This document shows, piece by piece, positions 14,901-30,100 of a DNA stretch of 64,000 nt (positions within the stretch are counted from its first letter, which is position 1; each line of letters opens with the position of its first letter). Under the pieces are notes generated by a model that was not told the DNA's origin, made no database searches, and saw only the letters and a program-made list of their open reading frames with translations. Made by a program: the position numbers and the translations under genes. Source of the DNA: Eledone cirrhosa. Taxonomy: Eukaryota. The stretch is taken from assembly GCA_964016885.1 (NCBI GenBank), contig OZ024741.1, forward strand, positions 410,440,001 through 410,504,000, written 5' to 3'.

Positions 14901-17900
14901 AAGCAACCTATCCTTCTGTAAATTAAATCACCAGCAACTACTGTCTCTGAGCAACCTCTACTTCTGTAAATTAAATCACCAGCAACTACTGTCTCTGAGC
15001 AACCTCTACTTCTGTAAACTAAATCACCAGCAACTACTGTCTCTGAGCAACCTCTACTTCTGTAAATTAAATCACCAGCAACTACTGTCTCTGAGCAACC
15101 TCTACTTCTGTAAATTAAATCACCAGCAACTACTGTCTCTGACGAGCCTCTATTTCTGTAAATTAAATCACCAGCAACTACTGTCTCAAAGCAACCTCCA
15201 CCTTTACTAATTAAATCACCAGCAACTACTGTCTCTGGTGAGCCTCTATTTCTGTAAATTAAATCACCAGCAACTACTGTCTCTGAGGAGCCTCTATTCG
15301 TGTAAATTAAATCACCACCAACTACTGTCTCTAAGCAACCTCCAACTCTACTAATTAAATCACCAACAACAAATGTCTCTAAGCAACCTCCACCTTTTCT
15401 AATTAAATCACCAGCAACCACTGTCACTAAGCAACCCCCACCTCTACTAATTAAATCACCAGCAACTACTGTCTCTGAGGAGCCTCTACTTCTGTAAATT
15501 AAATCACCAACAACTACTGTCTCTGAGCAACCTCCACCTCTACTAATTAAATCACCAGCAACTACTATCTCTAAGCAACCTAACCTTCTGTAAATTAAAT
15601 CACCAGCAACTACTGCCTCTGAGCAAACTCTACTTCTGTAAATTAAATCACCATCAACTACTGTCTCTAAGCAACCTCCACCTCTACTAATTACATCACC
15701 AGCAACTACTGTCTCTGAGGAGCCTCTATTTCTGTAAATTAAATCACTAGCAACTACTGTCTCTAAGCAACCTATCCTTCTGTAAATTAAATCACCAGCA
15801 ACTACTGTCTTTGACCAAACTCTACTTCTGTAAATTAAATCACCATCAACTACTGTCTTTGACAAAACTCTTATTCTGTAAATTAAATCACCAGCAACTA
15901 CTGTCTCTGAGGAGCCTCTATTTCCGTAAATTAAATCAACAACAACTACTGTCTCTGAGCAAACTCTACTTCTGTAAATTAAATCACCATCAACTACTGT
16001 TTTTGACCAAACTCTACTTCTGTAAATTAAATCACCATCAACTACTGTCTTTGACGAAAACTCTACTTCTGTAAATTAAATCACCAGCAACTACTGTCTT
16101 TGACCAAACTCTACTTCTGTAAATTAAATCACCAGCAACTACTGTCTTTGACAAAACTCGACTTCTGTAAATTAAATCACCAACAACTACTGTCTCTGAG
16201 CAACCTCCACTTCTACTAATTAAATCACCAGCAACTACTGTCTCTGAGCAACCTCTACTTCAGTAAATTAAATCACCATCAACTACTGTCTTTGACCAAA
16301 CTCCACTTCTGTAAATTATATCACCATCTACTAATGTCTTTGACCAAACTCCACTTCTTTAAATTAAATCACCATCAACTACTGTCTTTGACCACACTCC
16401 ACTTCTGTAAATTAAATCACCAGCAGCTACTGTCTTTGACCAAACTCCACTTCTGTAAATTAAATCACCATCAACTACTGTCTTTGACAAAACTCTACTC
16501 CTGTAAATTAAATCACCAGCAACTACTGTCTCTAAGCAACCTATACTTCTGTAAATTAAATCACCAGCAACTACTGTCTCTGAGGAGCCTCTATTTCTGT
16601 AAATTAAATCACCAACAACTACCGTCTCTGAGCAACCTCCACTTCTACTAATTAAATCACCAGCAACTACTGTCTCTGAGCAACCTCTACTTCTGTAAAT
16701 TAAATCACCATCAACTACTGTCTTTGACCAAACTCTACTTCTGTAAATTAAATCACCATCAACTACTGTCTTTGACCAAACTCTACTTCTGTAAATTAAA
16801 TCACCATCAACTACTGTCTTTGACCAAACTCTACTTCTGTGAATTAAATCACCAGCAACTACTGTCTCTAAGCAACCTATCCTTCTGTAAATTAATCACC
16901 AGCAACTACTGTCTCTGAGCAACCTCTACTTCTGTAAATTAAATCACCAGCAACTACTGTCTCTGAGCAACCTCTACTTCTGTAAATTAATCACCAGCAA
17001 CTACTGTCTCTGACGAGCCTCTATTTCTGTAAATTAAATCACCAGCAACTACTGTCTCAAAGCAACCTCCACCTCTACTAATTAAATCACCAGCAACTAC
17101 CGTCTCTAAGCAACCTCCACCTTTACTAATTAAATCACCATTAACTACTGTCTCTGGGGAGCCTCTATTTCTGTAAATTAAATCACCAGCAACTACTGTC
17201 TCTGAGGAGCCTCTATTCGTGTAAATTAAATCACCAGCAACTACTGTCTCTAAGCAACCTCCACCTCTACTAATTAAATGACCAGCAACAACTGTCTCTA
17301 ACCAACCTCCACCTTTTCTAATTAAATCACCAGCAACCACTGTCACTAAGCAACCCCCACCTCTACTAATTAAATCACCAGCAACTACTGTCTCTGAGGA
17401 GTCTCTACTTCTGTAAATTAAATCACCAACAACTACTGTCTCTGAGCAACCTCCACCTCTACTAATTAAATCACCAGCAACTACTATCTCTAAGCAACCT
17501 AACCTTCTGTAAATTAAATCACCAGCAACTACTGTCTCTGAGCAAACTCTACTTCTGTAAATTAAATCACCATCAACTACTGTCTCTAAGCAACCTCCAC
17601 CTCTACTAATTACATCACCAGCAACTACTGTCTCTGAGGAGCCTCTATTTCTGTAAATTAAATCACCAGCAACTACTGTCTCTAAGCAACCTCCACCTCT
17701 AATAATTAAATCACCAGCAACTACTGTCTCTAAGCAACCTCCACCTTTACTAATTAAATCACCAGCAACCACTGTGACTAAGCAACCCCCACCTTTACTA
17801 ATAAAATCACCAGCAACCACTGTCACTAAGCAACCTCCACCTCTACTAATTAAATCACCAGCAACTACTGTCTCTGAGGAGCCTCTATTTCTGTAAATTA

Positions 17901-18125
17901 AATCACCAACAACTACTGTCTCTGAGCAACCTCCACTTCTACTAATTAAATCACCAGCAACTACTGTCTCTGAGCAACCTCTACTTCGGTAAATTAAATC
18001 ACCAGCAACTACTGTCTATGAGGAGCCTTTATTTCTGGAAATTAAATCACCAGCAACTACTGTCTCTAAGCAACCTATCCTTCTGTAAATTAAATCACCA
18101 GCAACTACTGGCTCTGAGCAACCTC
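10055..18125. repeat. Higher-order tandem duplication, period 4029 bp (84 monomers), 2 copies
   Basis: ORF pairs 10772/14801, 11782/15811 and 12263/16292 are offset 4029; 12743/16724 and 13006/16987 are offset 3981 (one monomer fewer); the offset returns to 4029 at 13797/17826. Confidence 0.93.
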
Positions 18126-21100
18126 TACTTCTGTAAATTAAATCACCAGCAACTACTGTCTCTAAGCAACCTCTACTTCTGTAAATTAAATCACCAGCAA
18201 CTACTGTCTCTGACGAGCCTCTATTTCTGTAAATTAAATCACCAGCAACTACTGTCTCAAAGCAACCTCCACCTCTACTAATTAAATCACCAGCAACTAC
18301 CGTCTCTAAGCAACCTCCACCTTTACTAATTAAATCACCAGCAACTACTGTCTCTGGGGAGCCTCTATTTCTGTAAATTAAATCACCAGCAACTACTGTC
18401 TCTGAGGAGCCTCTATTCGTGTAAATTAAATCACCAGCAACTACTGTCTCTAAGCAACATCCACCTCTACTAATTAAATCACCAGCAACAACTGTCTCTA
18501 AGCAACCTCCACCTTCTCTAATTAAATCACCAGCAACCACTGTCACTAAGCAACCCCCACCTCTACTAATTAAATCACCAGCAACTACTGTCTCTGAGGA
18601 GCCTCTACTTCTGTAAATTAAATCACCAGCAAATACTGTCTTTGACCAAACTCGACTTCTGTAAATTAAATCATCAACAACTACTGTCTCTGAGCAACCT
18701 CCACTTCTACTAATTAAATCACCAGCAACTACTGTCTCTGAGCAACCTCTACTTCTGTAAATTAAATAACCATCAACTACCGTCTTTGACCAAACTCTAC
18801 TTCTGTAAATTAAATCACCATGAACTACTGTCTTTGACCAAACTCTACTTCTGTAAATTAAATCACCAGCAACTACTGTCTCTAAGCAACCTATACTTCT
18901 GTAAATTAAATCACCAGCAAATACTGTCTCTGAGGAGCCTCTATTTCTGTAAATTAAATCACCAACAACTACTGTCTCTGAGCAACCTCCACTTCTACTA
19001 ATTAAATCACCAGCAACTACTGTCTCTGAGCAACCTCTACTTCGGTAAATTAAATCACCAGCAACTACTGTCTCTGAGGAGCCACTATTTCTGTAAATAA
19101 AATCACCAGCAACTACTGTCTATAAGGAGCCTTTATTTCTGGAAATTAAATCACCAGCAACTACTGTCTCTAAGCAACCTCCACCTCTACTAATTAAATC
19201 ACCAGCAACTACTGTCTCTAAGCAACCTCCACCTCTACTATTTAAAATCACCAGCAACTACTGTCTCTGAATATCCTCCACCTCTTCTAATTAAATCACC
19301 AGCAACTACTGTCTCTGAGTAACCACTTCTTCTGTAAATTAAATCACCAGCAACTACTGTCTCTGAGGAGCCTCTATTTCTGTAAATTAAATCACCAGAA
19401 ACTACTGTCTCTAAGCAACCTACACCTTTTCTAACGAAATCACCAGCAACTACTGTCTAGGAGGAGCCTCTATTTGTGTAAATTTAATCACCAGCAACTA
19501 CTGTCTCTAAGCAACCTCCACCTCTACTAATTAAATCACCAGCAACTACTGTCTCTGAGCAACCTCTACTTCTGTAAATTAAATCACCATCAACTACTGT
19601 CTTTGACCAAACTCTACTTCTGTAAATTAAATCACCATCAACTACTGTCTTTGACCAAACTCTACTTCTGTAAATTAAATCACCAGCAACTACTGTCTTT
19701 GACCAAACTCTACTTCTGTAAATTAAATCACCAGCAACTACTGTCTTTGACCAAACTCGACTTCTGTAAATTAAATCACCAACAACTACTGTCTCTGAGC
19801 AACCTCCACTTCTTCTAATTAAATCACCAGCAACTACTGTCTCTGAGCAACCTCTATTTCTGTAAATTAAATCACCATCAACTACTGCCTTTGACCAAAC
19901 TGCACTTCTGTAAATTAAATCACCATCAACTACTGTCTTTGACCAAACTCCACTTCTGTAAATTAAATCACCAGCAAATACTGTCTTTGACCAAACTCCA
20001 GTTCTGTAAATTAAATCACCAGCAACTACTGTCTTTGACCAAACTCTACTTTTGTAAATTAAATCACCATCAACTACTGTCTTTGACAAAACTCTACTTC
20101 TGTAAATTAAATCACCAGCAACTACTGTCTCTAAGCAACCTATACTTCTGTAAATTAAATCACCAGCGACTACTGTCTCTGAGGAGCCTCTATTTCTGTA
20201 AATTAAATCACCAACAACTACTGTCTCTGAGCAACCTCCACTTCTACTAATTAAATCACCAGCAACTACTGTCTCTGAGCAACCTCTACTTCTGTAAATT
20301 AAATCACCATCAACTACTGTCTTTGACCAAACTCTACTTCTGTAAATTAAATCACCATCAACTACTGTCTTTGACCAAACTCTACTTCTGTAAATTAAAT
20401 CACCAGCAACTACTGTCTCTAAGCAACCTATACTTCTGTAAATTAAATCACCAGCAACTACTGTCTCTGAGGAGCCTCTATTTCTGTAAATTAAATCACC
20501 AACAACTACTGTCTCTGAGCAACCTCCACTTCTACTAATTAAATCACCAGCAACTACTGTCTCTGAGCAACCTCTACTTCGGTAAATTAAATCACCAGCA
20601 ACTACTGTCTATGAGGAGCCTTTATTTCTGGAAATTAAATCACCAGCAACTACTGTCTCTAAGCAACCTCCACCTCTACTAATTAAATCACCAGCAACTA
20701 CTGTCTCTAAGCAACCCCCAACTCTACTAATTAAATCACCAGCAACTACTGTCTCTGAGCAACCTCTATTTCTGTAAATTAAATCACCAGCAACTACTGT
20801 CTCTAAGCAAATTATACTTCTGTAAATTAAATCACCAGCAACTACTGTCTCTGAGGAGCCTCTATTTCTGTAAATTAAATCACCACCAACTACTGTCTCT
20901 GAGCAACCTCCACTTCTACTAATTAAATCACCAGCAACTACTGTCTCTAAGCAACCTCTACTTCTGTAAATTAAATCACCATCAACTACTGTCTTTGACC
21001 AAACTCCACTTCTGTAAATTAAATCACCGTCAACTACTGTCTTTGACCAAACTCCACTTCTGTAAATTAAATCACCAGCAACTACTGTCTTTGACCAAAC

Positions 21101-24100
21101 TCCACTTCTGTAAATTAAATCACCAGCAACTACTGTCTTTGACCAAACTCTACTTCTGTAAATTAAATCACCATCAACTACTGTCTTTGACAAAACTCTT
21201 ATCCTGTAAATTAAATCACCAGCAACTACTGTCTCTAAGCAACCTATACTTCTGTAAATTAAATCACCAGCAACTACTGTCTCTGAGGAGCCTCTATTTC
21301 TGTAAATTAAATCACCAACAACTACTGTCTTTGACCAAACTCTACTTCTGTAAATTAAATCACCATCAACTACTGTCTTTGACCAAACTCTACTTCTGTA
21401 AATTAAATCACCAGCAACTACTGTCTTTGACCAAACTCTACTTCTGTAAATTAAATCACCAGCAACTACTGTCTTTGACCAAACTCGACTTCTGTAAATT
21501 AAATCACCAACAACAACTGTCTCTGAGCAACCTCCACTTCTACTAATTAAATCACCAGCAACTAATGTCTCTGAGCAACCTCTACTTCTGTAAATTAAAT
21601 CACCATCAACTACTGTCTTTGACCAAACTCTACTTCTGTAAATTAAATCACCATCAACTACTGTCTTTGACCAAACTCAACTTCCGTAAATTAAATCACC
21701 AGCAACTACTGTCTTTGACCAAACTCCAGTTCTGTAAATTAAATCACCAGCAACTACTGTCTTTGACCAATCTCTACTTCTGTAAATTAAATCACCAGCA
21801 ACTACTGTCTCTGAGGAGCCTCTATTTCTGTAAATTAAATCACCAACAACTACTGTCTCTGAGCAACCTCCACTTCTACTAATTAAATCACCAGCAACTA
21901 CTGTCTCTGAGCAACCTCTACTTCTGTAAATTAAATCACCATCAATTACTGTCTTTGACCAAACTCTACTTCTGTAAATTAAATCACCATCAACTACTGT
22001 CTTTGACCAAACTCTACTTCTGTAAATTAAATCACCAGCAACTACTGTCTTTGACCAAACTCTACTTCTGTAAATTAAATCACCATCAACTACTGTCTTT
22101 GACAAACCTCTACTTCTGTAAATTAAATCACCAGCAACTACTGTCTCTAAGCAACCTATACTTCTGTAAATTAAATCACCAGCAACTACTGTCTCTGAGG
22201 AGGCTCTATTTCTGTAAATTAAATCACCAACAACTACTGTCTCTGAACAACCTCCACTCCTACTAATTAAATCACCAGCAACTACTGTCTCTGAGCAACC
22301 TCTACTTCTGTAAATTAAATCACCATCAACTACTGTCTTTGACCAAACTCTACTTCTTTAAATTAAATCACCATCAACTACTGTCTTTGACCAAACTCTA
22401 CTTCTGTAAATTAAATCACCAGCAACTACTGTCTTTGACCAAACTCTACTTCTGTAAATTAAATCACCAACAACTACTGTCTCTGAGCAACCTCCACTTC
22501 TACTAATTAAATCACCAGCAACTACTGTCTCTGAGCAACCTCTACTTCTGTAAATTAAATCACCATCAACTACCGTCTTTGACCAAACTCTACTTCTGTA
22601 AATTAAATCACCATGAACTACTGTCTTTGACCAAACTCTACTTCTGTAAATTAAATCACCAACAACTACTGTCTCTAAGCAACCTATACTTCTGTAAATT
22701 AAATCACCAGCAACTACTGTCTCTGAGCAACCTCCACTTCTACTAATTAAATCACCAGCAACTACTGACTCTGAGCAACCTCTACTTCGGTAAATTAAAT
22801 CACCAGCAACTACTGTCTATGAGGAGCCTTTATTTCTGGAAATTAAATCACCAGCAACTACTGTCTCTAAGCAACCTCCACCTCTACTAATTAAATCACC
22901 AGCAACTACTGTCTCTAAGCAACCTCCACCTCTACTAATTAAAATCACCAGCAACAACTGTCTCTGAATATCCTCCACATCTTCTAATTAAAACACCAGC
23001 AACTACTGTCTAGGAGGAGCCTCTATTTGTGTAAATTAAATCACCAGCAAATACTGTCTCTAAGCAACCTACACCTTTTCTAACGAAATCACCAGCAACT
23101 ACTGTCTAGGAGGAGCCTCTATTTGTGTAAATTAAATCACCAGCAACTACTGTCTCTAAGCAACCTCCACCTCTACTAATTAAATCACCAGCAACTACTG
23201 TCTCTGAGGAGCCTCTATTTCTGTAAATTAAATCACCAGCAACTACTGTCTCTAAGCAACCTCCACATTTACTAATTAAATCACCAGCAACCACTGTCTC
23301 TAAGCAACCCCCACCTTTACTAATTAAATCACCAGCAACTACTGTCTCTAAGCAACCTCCACATTTACTAATTAAATCACCAGCAACTACTGTCTCTGAG
23401 CAATCTCACCTCTTCTACGTAAATCACCAGCAACAACCGGCTCTGAGCAACCACTACTTCTGTAAATTAAATCACCAGAAACTACTGTCTCTTAGCAACC
23501 TACACCTCTTCTAACGAAATCGCCAGAAACTACTGTCTGGGATGAGCCTCTCTTTGCGTAAATTAAATCACCAGCAACTACTGTATCTAAGCAACCTACA
23601 CCTCTACTAATTAAAATCACCAGCAACTACTGTCTCTGAGCACCCTCCACCTCTACTAATTAAATCACCAGCAACTACTGTCTCTGAGGAGCCTCTACTT
23701 CTGTTAATTAAATCACCAGCAACTACTGTCTCTAAACAACCTATCCTTCTGTAAATTAAATCACCAGCGACGACTGTCTCTGAGCAACCTCTACTTCTGT
23801 AAATTAAATCACCAGCAACTACTGTCTCTGAGCAACCTCTACTTCTGTAAATTAAATCACCAGCAACTACTGTCTCTGATCAACCTCCACCTCTACTAAT
23901 TAAATCACCAGCAACTACTGTCTCTGAGCAACCTCTACTTCTGTAAATTAAATCACCAGCAACTACTGTCTCTAAGCAAATTATTCTTCTGTAAATTAAA
24001 TCACCAGCAACTACTGTCTCTGAGGAGCCTCTATTTCTGTAAATTAAATCACCACCAACTACTGTCTCTGAGCAATCTCCACTTCTACTAATTAAATCAC

Positions 24101-27100
24101 CAGCAACTACTGTCTCTGAGCAACCTCTACTTCTGTAAATTAAATCACCATCAACTACTGTCTTTGACCAAACTCCACTTCTGTAAATTAAATCACCACC
24201 AACTACTGTCTCTGAGCAACCTCCACTTCTACTAATTAAATCACCAGCAACTACTGTCTCTGAGCAACCTCTACTTCTGTAAATGAAATCACCAGCAACT
24301 ACTGTCTTTGACCAAACTCCACTTCTGTAAATTAAATCACCATCAACTACTGTCTTTGACCAAACTCCACTTCTGTAAATTAAATCACCCTCAACTACTG
24401 TCTTTGACCAAACTCCACTTCTGTAAATTAAATCACCCTCAACTACTGTCTTTGACCAAACTCCACTTCTGTAAATTAAATCACCAGCAACTACTGTCTT
24501 TGACCAAACTCTACTTCTGTAAATTAAATCACCAGCAACTACTGTCTTTGACCAAACTCCACTTCTGTAAATTAAATCACCATCAACTACTGTCTTTGAC
24601 CAAACTCCACTTCTGTAAATTAAATCACCCTCAACTACTGTCTTTGACCAAACTCCACTTCTGTAAATTAAATCACCAGCAACTACTGTCTTTGACCAAA
24701 CTCTACTTCTGTAAATTAAATCACCATCAACTACTGTCTTTGACAAAACTCTACTTCTGTAAATTAAATCACCAACAACTACTGTCTCTAAGCAACCTAT
24801 ACTTCTGTAAATTAAATCACCAGCAACTACTGTCTCTGAGGAGCCTCTATTTCTGTAAATTAAATCTCCAACAACTACTGTCTCTGAGCAACCTCCACTT
24901 CTACTAATTAAATCACCAGCAACTACTGTCTCTGAGCAACCTCTACTTCTGTAAATTAAATCACCATCAACTACCGTCTTTGACCAAACTCTACTTCTGT
25001 AAATTAAATCACCATGAACTACTGTCTTTGACCAAACTCTACTTCTGTAAATTAAATCACCAACAACTACTGTCTCTAAGCAACCTATACTTCTGTAAAT
25101 TAAATCACCAGCAACTACTGTCTCTGAGCAACCTCCACTTCTACTAATTAAATCACCAGCAACTACTGACTCTGAGCAACCTCTACTTCGGTAAATTAAA
25201 TCACCAGCAACTACTGTCTATGAGGAGCCTTTATTTCTGGAAATTAAATCACCAGCAACTACTGTCTCTAAGCAACCTCCACCTCTACTAATTAAATCAC
25301 CAGCAACTACTGTCTCTAAGCAACCTCCACCTCTACTAATTAAAATCACCAGCAACAACTGTCTCTGAATATCCTCCACATCTTCTAATTAAAACACCAG
25401 CAACTACTGTCTAGGAGGAGCCTCTATTTGTGTAAATTAAATCACCAGCAAATACTGTCTCTAAGCAACCTACACCTTTTCTAACGAAATCACCAGCAAC
25501 TACTGTCTAGGAGGAGCCTCTATTTGTGTAAATTAAATCACCAGCAACTACTGTCTCTAAGCAACCTCCACCTCTACTAATTAAATCACCAGCAACTACT
25601 GTCTCTGAGGAGCCTCTATTTCTGTAAATTAAATCACCAGCAACTACTGTCTCTAAGCAACCTCCACATTTACTAATTAAATCACCAGCAACCACTGTCT
25701 CTAAGCAACCCCCACCTTTACTAATTAAATCACCAGCAACTACTGTCTCTAAGCAACCTCCACATTTACTAATTAAATCACCAGCAACTACTGTCTCTGA
25801 GCAATCTCACCTCTTCTACGTAAATCACCAGCAACAACCGGCTCTGAGCAACCACTACTTCTGTAAATTAAATCACCAGAAACTACTGTCTCTTAGCAAC
25901 CTACACCTCTTCTAACGAAATCGCCAGAAACTACTGTCTGGGATGAGCCTCTCTTTGCGTAAATTAAATCACCAGCAACTACTGTATCTAAGCAACCTAC
26001 ACCTCTACTAATTAAAATCACCAGCAACTACTGTCTCTGAGCACCCTCCACCTCTACTAATTAAATCACCAGCAACTACTGTCTCTGAGGAGCCTCTACT
26101 TCTGTTAATTAAATCACCAGCAACTACTGTCTCTAAACAACCTATCCTTCTGTAAATTAAATCACCAGCGACGACTGTCTCTGAGCAACCTCTACTTCTG
26201 TAAATTAAATCACCAGCAACTACTGTCTCTGAGCAACCTCTACTTCTGTAAATTAAATCACCAGCAACTACTGTCTCTGATCAACCTCCACCTCTACTAA
26301 TTAAATCACCAGCAACTACTGTCTCTGAGCAACCTCTACTTCTGTAAATTAAATCACCAGCAACTACTGTCTCTAAGCAAATTATTCTTCTGTAAATTAA
26401 ATCACCAGCAACTACTGTCTCTGAGGAGCCTCTATTTCTGTAAATTAAATCACCACCAACTACTGTCTCTGAGCAATCTCCACTTCTACTAATTAAATCA
26501 CCAGCAACTACTGTCTCTGAGCAACCTCTACTTCTGTAAATTAAATCACCATCAACTACTGTCTTTGACCAAACTCCACTTCTGTAAATTAAATCACCAC
26601 CAACTACTGTCTCTGAGCAACCTCCACTTCTACTAATTAAATCACCAGCAACTACTGTCTCTGAGCAACCTCTACTTCTGTAAATGAAATCACCAGCAAC
26701 TACTGTCTTTGACCAAACTCCACTTCTGTAAATTAAATCACCATCAACTACTGTCTTTGACCAAACTCCACTTCTGTAAATTAAATCACCCTCAACTACT
26801 GTCTTTGACCAAACTCCACTTCTGTAAATTAAATCACCAGCAACTACTGTCTTTGACCAAACTCTACTTCTGTAAATTAAATCACCAGCAACTACTGTCT
26901 TTGACCAAACTCCACTTCTGTAAATTAAATCACCATCAACTACTGTCTTTGACCAAACTCCACTTCTGTAAATTAAATCACCCTCAACTACTGTCTTTGA
27001 CCAAACTCCACTTCTGTAAATTAAATCACCAGCAACTACTGTCTTTGACCAAACTCTACTTCTGTAAATTAAATCACCATCAACTACTGTCTTTGACAAA

Positions 27101-30100
27101 ACTCTACTTCTGTAAATTAAATCACCAACAACTACTGTCTCTAAGCAACCTATACTTCTGTAAATTAAATCACCAGCAACTACTGTCTCTGAGGAGCCTC
27201 TATTTCTGTAAATTAAATCTCCAACAACTACTGTCTCTGAGCAACCTCCACTTCTACTAATTAAATCACCAGCAACTACTGTCTCTGAGCAACCTATACT
27301 TCTGTAAATTATATCACCATCAACTACCGTCTTCGACCAAACTCTACTTCTGTAAATTAAATCACCATGAACTACTGTCTTCGACCAAACTCTAATTCTG
27401 TAAATTAAATCACCAGCAACTACTGTCTCTAAGCAACCTATACTTCTGCAAATTAAATCACCAGTAACTACTGTCTCTGAGGAGCCTCTATTTCTGTAAA
27501 TTAAATCACCAACAACTACTGTCTCTGAGCAACCTCCACTTCTACTAATTAAATCACCAGCAAATACTGTCTATGAGGAGCCTTTATTTCTGGAAATTAA
27601 ATCACCAGCAACTACTGTCTCTAAGCAACCTCCACCTCTACTAATTAAATCACCAGCAACTACTGTCTCTGAGTAACCACTACTTCTGTAAATTAAATCA
27701 CCAGCAACTACTGTCTTTGACCAAACTCCACTTCTGTAAATTAAATCACCAGAAACTACTGTCTCTAAGCAACCTACACCTTTTCTAACGAAATCACCAG
27801 CAACTACTGTCTAGGAGGAGCCTCTATTTGTGTAAATTAAATCACCAGCAACTACTGTCTCTAAGCAACCTATACTTCTGTAAATTAAATCACCAGCAAC
27901 TACTGTCTCTGAGGAGGCTCTATTTCTGTAAATTAAATCACCAACAACTACTGTCTCTGAGCAACCTCCACTCCTACTAATTAAATCACCAGCAACTACT
28001 GTCTCTGAGCAACCTCTACTTCTGTAAATTAAATCACCATCAACTACTGTCTTTGACCAAACTCTACTTCTTTAAATTAAATCACCATCAACTACTGTCT
28101 TTGACCAAACTCTACTTCTGTAAATTAAATCACCAGCAACTACTGTCTTTGACCAAACTCTACTTCTGTAAATTAAATCACCAACAACTACTGTCTCTGA
28201 GCAACCTCCACTTCTACTAATTAAATCACCAGCAACTACTGTCTCTGAGCAACCTCTACTTCTGTAAATTAAATCACCATCAACTACCGTCTTTGACCAA
28301 ACTCTACTTCTGTAAATTAAATCACCATGAACTACTGTCTTTGACCAAACTCTACTTCTGTAAATTAAATCACCAACAACTACTGTCTCTAAGCAACCTA
28401 TACTTCTGTAAATTAAATCACCAGCAACTACTGTCTCTGAGCAACCTCCACTTCTACTAATTAAATCACCAGCAACTACTGACTCTGAGCAACCTCTACT
28501 TCGGTAAATTAAATCACCAGCAACTACTGTCTATGAGGAGCCTTTATTTCTGGAAATTAAATCACCAGCAACTACTGTCTCTAAGCAACCTCCACCTCTA
28601 CTAATTAAATCACCAGCAACTACTGTCTCTAAGCAACCTCCACCTCTACTAATTAAAATCACCAGCAACAACTGTCTCTGAATATCCTCCACATCTTCTA
28701 ATTAAAACACCAGCAACTACTGTCTAGGAGGAGCCTCTATTTGTGTAAATTAAATCACCAGCAAATACTGTCTCTAAGCAACCTACACCTTTTCTAACGA
28801 AATCACCAGCAACTACTGTCTAGGAGGAGCCTCTATTTGTGTAAATTAAATCACCAGCAACTACTGTCTCTAAGCAACCTCCACCTCTACTAATTAAATC
28901 ACCAGCAACTACTGTCTCTGAGGAGCCTCTATTTCTGTAAATTAAATCACCAGCAACTACTGTCTCTAAGCAACCTCCACATTTACTAATTAAATCACCA
29001 GCAACCACTGTCTCTAAGCAACCCCCACCTTTACTAATTAAATCACCAGCAACTACTGTCTCTAAGCAACCTCCACATTTACTAATTAAATCACCAGCAA
29101 CTACTGTCTCTGAGCAATCTCACCTCTTCTACGTAAATCACCAGCAACAACCGGCTCTGAGCAACCACTACTTCTGTAAATTAAATCACCAGAAACTACT
29201 GTCTCTTAGCAACCTACACCTCTTCTAACGAAATCGCCAGAAACTACTGTCTGGGATGAGCCTCTCTTTGCGTAAATTAAATCACCAGCAACTACTGTAT
29301 CTAAGCAACCTACACCTCTACTAATTAAAATCACCAGCAACTACTGTCTCTGAGCACCCTCCACCTCTACTAATTAAATCACCAGCAACTACTGTCTCTG
29401 AGGAGCCTCTACTTCTGTTAATTAAATCACCAGCAACTACTGTCTCTAAACAACCTATCCTTCTGTAAATTAAATCACCAGCGACGACTGTCTCTGAGCA
29501 ACCTCTACTTCTGTAAATTAAATCACCAGCAACTACTGTCTCTGAGCAACCTCTACTTCTGTAAATTAAATCACCAGCAACTACTGTCTCTGATCAACCT
29601 CCACCTCTACTAATTAAATCACCAGCAACTACTGTCTCTGAGCAACCTCTACTTCTGTAAATTAAATCACCAGCAACTACTGTCTCTAAGCAAATTATTC
29701 TTCTGTAAATTAAATCACCAGCAACTACTGTCTCTGAGGAGCCTCTATTTCTGTAAATTAAATCACCACCAACTACTGTCTCTGAGCAATCTCCACTTCT
29801 ACTAATTAAATCACCAGCAACTACTGTCTCTGAGCAACCTCTACTTCTGTAAATTAAATCACCATCAACTACTGTCTTTGACCAAACTCCACTTCTGTAA
29901 ATTAAATCACCACCAACTACTGTCTCTGAGCAACCTCCACTTCTACTAATTAAATCACCAGCAACTACTGTCTCTGAGCAACCTCTACTTCTGTAAATGA
30001 AATCACCAGCAACTACTGTCTTTGACCAAACTCCACTTCTGTAAATTAAATCACCATCAACTACTGTCTTTGACCAAACTCCACTTCTGTAAATTAAATC

